From positions 141,880 through 205,879 of the forward strand of contig CAVUUH010000036.1 of the NCBI GenBank assembly GCA_963744545.1: a stretch of DNA of 64,000 nt. The letters are read 5' to 3'. Position numbers and translations under genes: made by a program. This document shows, piece by piece, positions 62,022-64,000 of the stretch. The notes beneath the pieces were generated by a model. It searched no databases and had not been told where the DNA came from. It was given only the letters and a program-made list of their open reading frames with translations. How positions within the stretch are numbered: position 1 is the first letter of the stretch; the number at the start of each line of letters is the position of its first letter. This stretch comes from an uncultured delta proteobacterium. Its GTDB lineage: Bacteria; Desulfobacterota; Binatia; Binatales; Binataceae.

Positions 62022-62372
62022 GCCGGGCCGGCGGCACCTCGATCCGGACCGCGACGGCGGCGCTGGCGATCACCGCGGTGTCGCCGGCCTCCTCGTCGGG
62101 GACATCGAGCCCGCCTTTCACTACCTTGACCGTCACGGTGCCGTGCGGCAATGCCGCCTTGACGCGCTCGGCGTCGACCCGCTCGGGGCGCTGCACGCCG
62201 ATCGTGACCTCGACCTGCATCGCCCGCGCCTCGATCCCGAGGGTGCGGATGAAGGTCAGCGAGCTGTGGTGGATCGCGTCCTCGACCGCGCGGATCGCCG
62301 CCTTTGTGTAGTCGCCGCCGTGCAGGTCGTTGCCGCTGCCCATCTCGAGGATCGCGCGCTTCGCCGCCATCG
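62022..62372 (-). CDS. Lin0512-family small conserved protein, paralog B (intact, 117 aa)
   Basis: MAAKRAILEMGSGNDLHGGDYTKAAIRAVEDAIHH…VTIGVQRPERVD…LPHGTVTVKVVKGGLDVPDEE…. Confidence 0.5.
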
Positions 62373-62381
62373 CCCTTCTCC

Positions 62382-62724
62382 TTACGGGATGTCGAGCCGC
62401 ACCACCGCGGCGGCGTTGGCGATGACCGTCGAGCCGGTGCCGGCGTCGTTGACGATCTCGAGCCGCCTTCGACGATTTCGACCGTGCCGGTGCCGTGCGG
62501 CAATACCGCCAGCACCGCCGCCTGGTCCACGCGGTCGGGGCGCGGCACCCCGATCCTGACCGCGACCTGCATCGCATCGACCGGCAAACCGACCGCATCG
62601 GCGATGCCGAGCCCGTTGTGCCACAAGGCGTCGCGCAAGGCGCGCACCGCCGCCTTGGTGTAGTCGGTCCCGCGGATGTCGGTGCCCATGCCGATCTGCA
62701 AGACCATCCGCTTCAACGCCATTT
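62382..62724 (-). pseudogene. Lin0512-family small conserved protein, paralog A (tandem), with a frameshift near 62470
   Basis: MALKRMVLQIGMGTDIRGTDYTKAAVRALRDALWH…LPHGTGTVEIVEGG, then another frame LEIVNDAGTGSTVIANAAAVVRLDIP*. Confidence 0.5.
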
Positions 62725-62749
62725 CGCGATTCCCCAAGACCTGCCGGGC

Positions 62750-64000
62750 TCACTCTAGCGGCTGCGCCGGCCGCCGTCTCGGCCGATATGCGGCGAGCGC
62801 GGCGACGGCGGCGAGCAGCGACAGCACGACAAAACCCTGCAACGGGCGCTGGTAGCTGCCGGTCCAGTCGCGCAGCGCGCCGGAATAGAGCGGGCCCGCC
62901 GCCTGCGCCAGCACCTGCGCCGACAGCGCGACGCTGCGCACCGCGCCGAAATTGGCGCGGCCGAAATAATCGGCCCAGGCGATCGGCAGCAGGGTCAACA
63001 GGCCGCCGATGCCGAACCCGAACAGCGAGCCGGCGAGGTAGCCCTCGGCCGCCGATGAGACAGCGGCCAAGGCCAGCGTCCCGGCGGCGATGATCACCGC
63101 GCTCAGCGCCAACGGCCAGCGGATCGGCAGCCGCCGCGGCAGCAGGGCGCAAGCGGCGCTGGCAACGGCGGACATCAGCGAGAAGGTGCTGACGATCATC
63201 GCCGCCACGGTCGCATCGATGCCGCGCTCGATCAGGTGCGGCGCCTGGTGCAGGCTGACCCCGGCCTGCGCCGGGTAGACCAGCACCGTGTACAGCAGCA
63301 GCAGCCAGAAGCCCGGGGTGCGCATCGCCTCGCGGCGCGAGAAAGCGGGTTCGGCTTCCGGCGGCGGGCCGGCGCGCGGCACCGGCCGGTCGGGGACGAG
63401 CCCCAGATCCTCGGGCCGGCGCACCAGCAGCAGCCAGTTCGGGACAAAGCCGATCACGAGCACCGTCGCGCCGATCGCCAGCCAGCCGGCGCGCCAGCCG
63501 TCATGCACGATCGCCAGCTGGGCGATCAGCGGCATCGCCACCAGCCCGGCCATCTGCGACAGCGTGGCCATCGAATTGGCGAAGGCGCGGCGGGCGACGA
63601 ACCAGTTGTTGACGGCGCCGTAGATGCCGAGATCGTAGGGCGCCGCCCAGCTCAGCCGCGCCAGGCAGAACAGCAGGTAGAAGACGAGGAGCGACGAGGT
63701 CAGCGACAGCAGCATCGTCGCCGTGCCGGTCACCAGCACCGCCAGGCACAGCACCAGCCGCGAACCGTGGCGGTCGAGCAACGGGCCGAGCCAGGGCGCG
63801 GCGATCGCCGCCAGCACGCCGCCCAACGACACCGCCCCCGACAGCGCGGTGCGCGACCAGCCGAACTCGCCCGTCAGCGGCGCGACGAAGATCGACAGGG
63901 TGGCGACCGCCGCCCCCTGCCGCGAGAACCCGGCGCAGCAGATGCAGCCGAGCACGACCCAGCCGTAGAAAAACGGCAGCCGCGCGCTGAGCCGCCGCGG
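62750..64000 (-). CDS. MFS transporter; the 5' end lies beyond the window
   Basis: More than 400 aa of 12-TM-type hydrophobic profile, including …VSLGGVLAAIAAPWLGPLLDRHGSRLV…. Confidence 0.7.
   Translation of the reverse strand, partial: PRRLSARLPFFYGWVVLGCICCAGFSRQGAAVATLSIFVAPLTGEFGWSRTALSGAVSLGGVLAAIAAPWLGPLLDRHGSRLVLCLAVLVTGTATMLLSLTSSLLVFYLLFCLARLSWAAPYDLGIYGAVNNWFVARRAFANSMATLSQMAGLVAMPLIAQLAIVHDGWRAGWLAIGATVLVIGFVPNWLLLVRRPEDLGLVPDRPVPRAGPPPEAEPAFSRREAMRTPGFWLLLLYTVLVYPAQAGVSLHQAPHLIERGIDATVAAMIVSTFSLMSAVASAACALLPRRLPIRWPLALSAVIIAAGTLALAAVSSAAEGYLAGSLFGFGIGGLLTLLPIAWADYFGRANFGAVRSVALSAQVLAQAAGPLYSGALRDWTGSYQRPLQGFVVLSLLAAVAALAAYRPRRRPAQPLE

Noticed and set aside
1-64000. CRISPR arrays, rRNA/tRNA genes
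   Set aside because: No regularly spaced direct repeats, and no cloverleaf-like or rRNA-like conserved blocks, were seen anywhere in the window.

Overview
This 64-kb window of high-GC bacterial DNA falls into two compositionally distinct parts. Nothing in it is a complete, intact, recognisable novel system.

Positions 1-31.2 kb are about 58-62% GC. They carry mostly intact housekeeping and envelope genes: tilS, the acetolactate synthase large subunit ilvB, aconitase acnA and a 1494-aa Lhr helicase. Among them sit a DUF559 gene flanked by two ~170-bp REP/MITE-like elements, an IS5-family insertion, an envelope cluster (secreted protein, DUF1329, VWA-TM-FHA, 773-aa Thr/Pro-rich surface protein, coupled lipoprotein, orphan HlyD adaptor), a di-haem DUF1111 oxidoreductase and a DapA-like/PfkB-SIS/epimerase sugar module.

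Positions 31.2-64 kb are about 68-72% GC and alphaproteobacterial in flavour (ChpT phosphotransferase, EcsC, LLM oxidoreductase, Lin0512 paralogs, MFS transporter). Most genes larger than 0.6 kb there carry one or more frameshifts: a tricarballylate dehydrogenase (tcuA), a molybdopterin oxidoreductase, a class-III aminotransferase, an isochorismatase, an MBOAT plus SGNH-like partner, a nitroreductase and others.

Notable items in the second half are:
- a 5'-truncated family-1 encapsulin shell gene abutting the decayed tcuA;
- two ~430-bp direct repeats with an AT-rich promoter-like core that bracket a 6.5-kb envelope-lipid module;
- a lower-GC islet carrying a multiply disrupted bacterial NLR-like (NACHT STAND) gene with an N-terminal Mrr-type nuclease domain, a candidate antiphage defence remnant.

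The density of single-base frameshifts could reflect sequencing indels or genuine gene decay; I cannot tell which from sequence alone.
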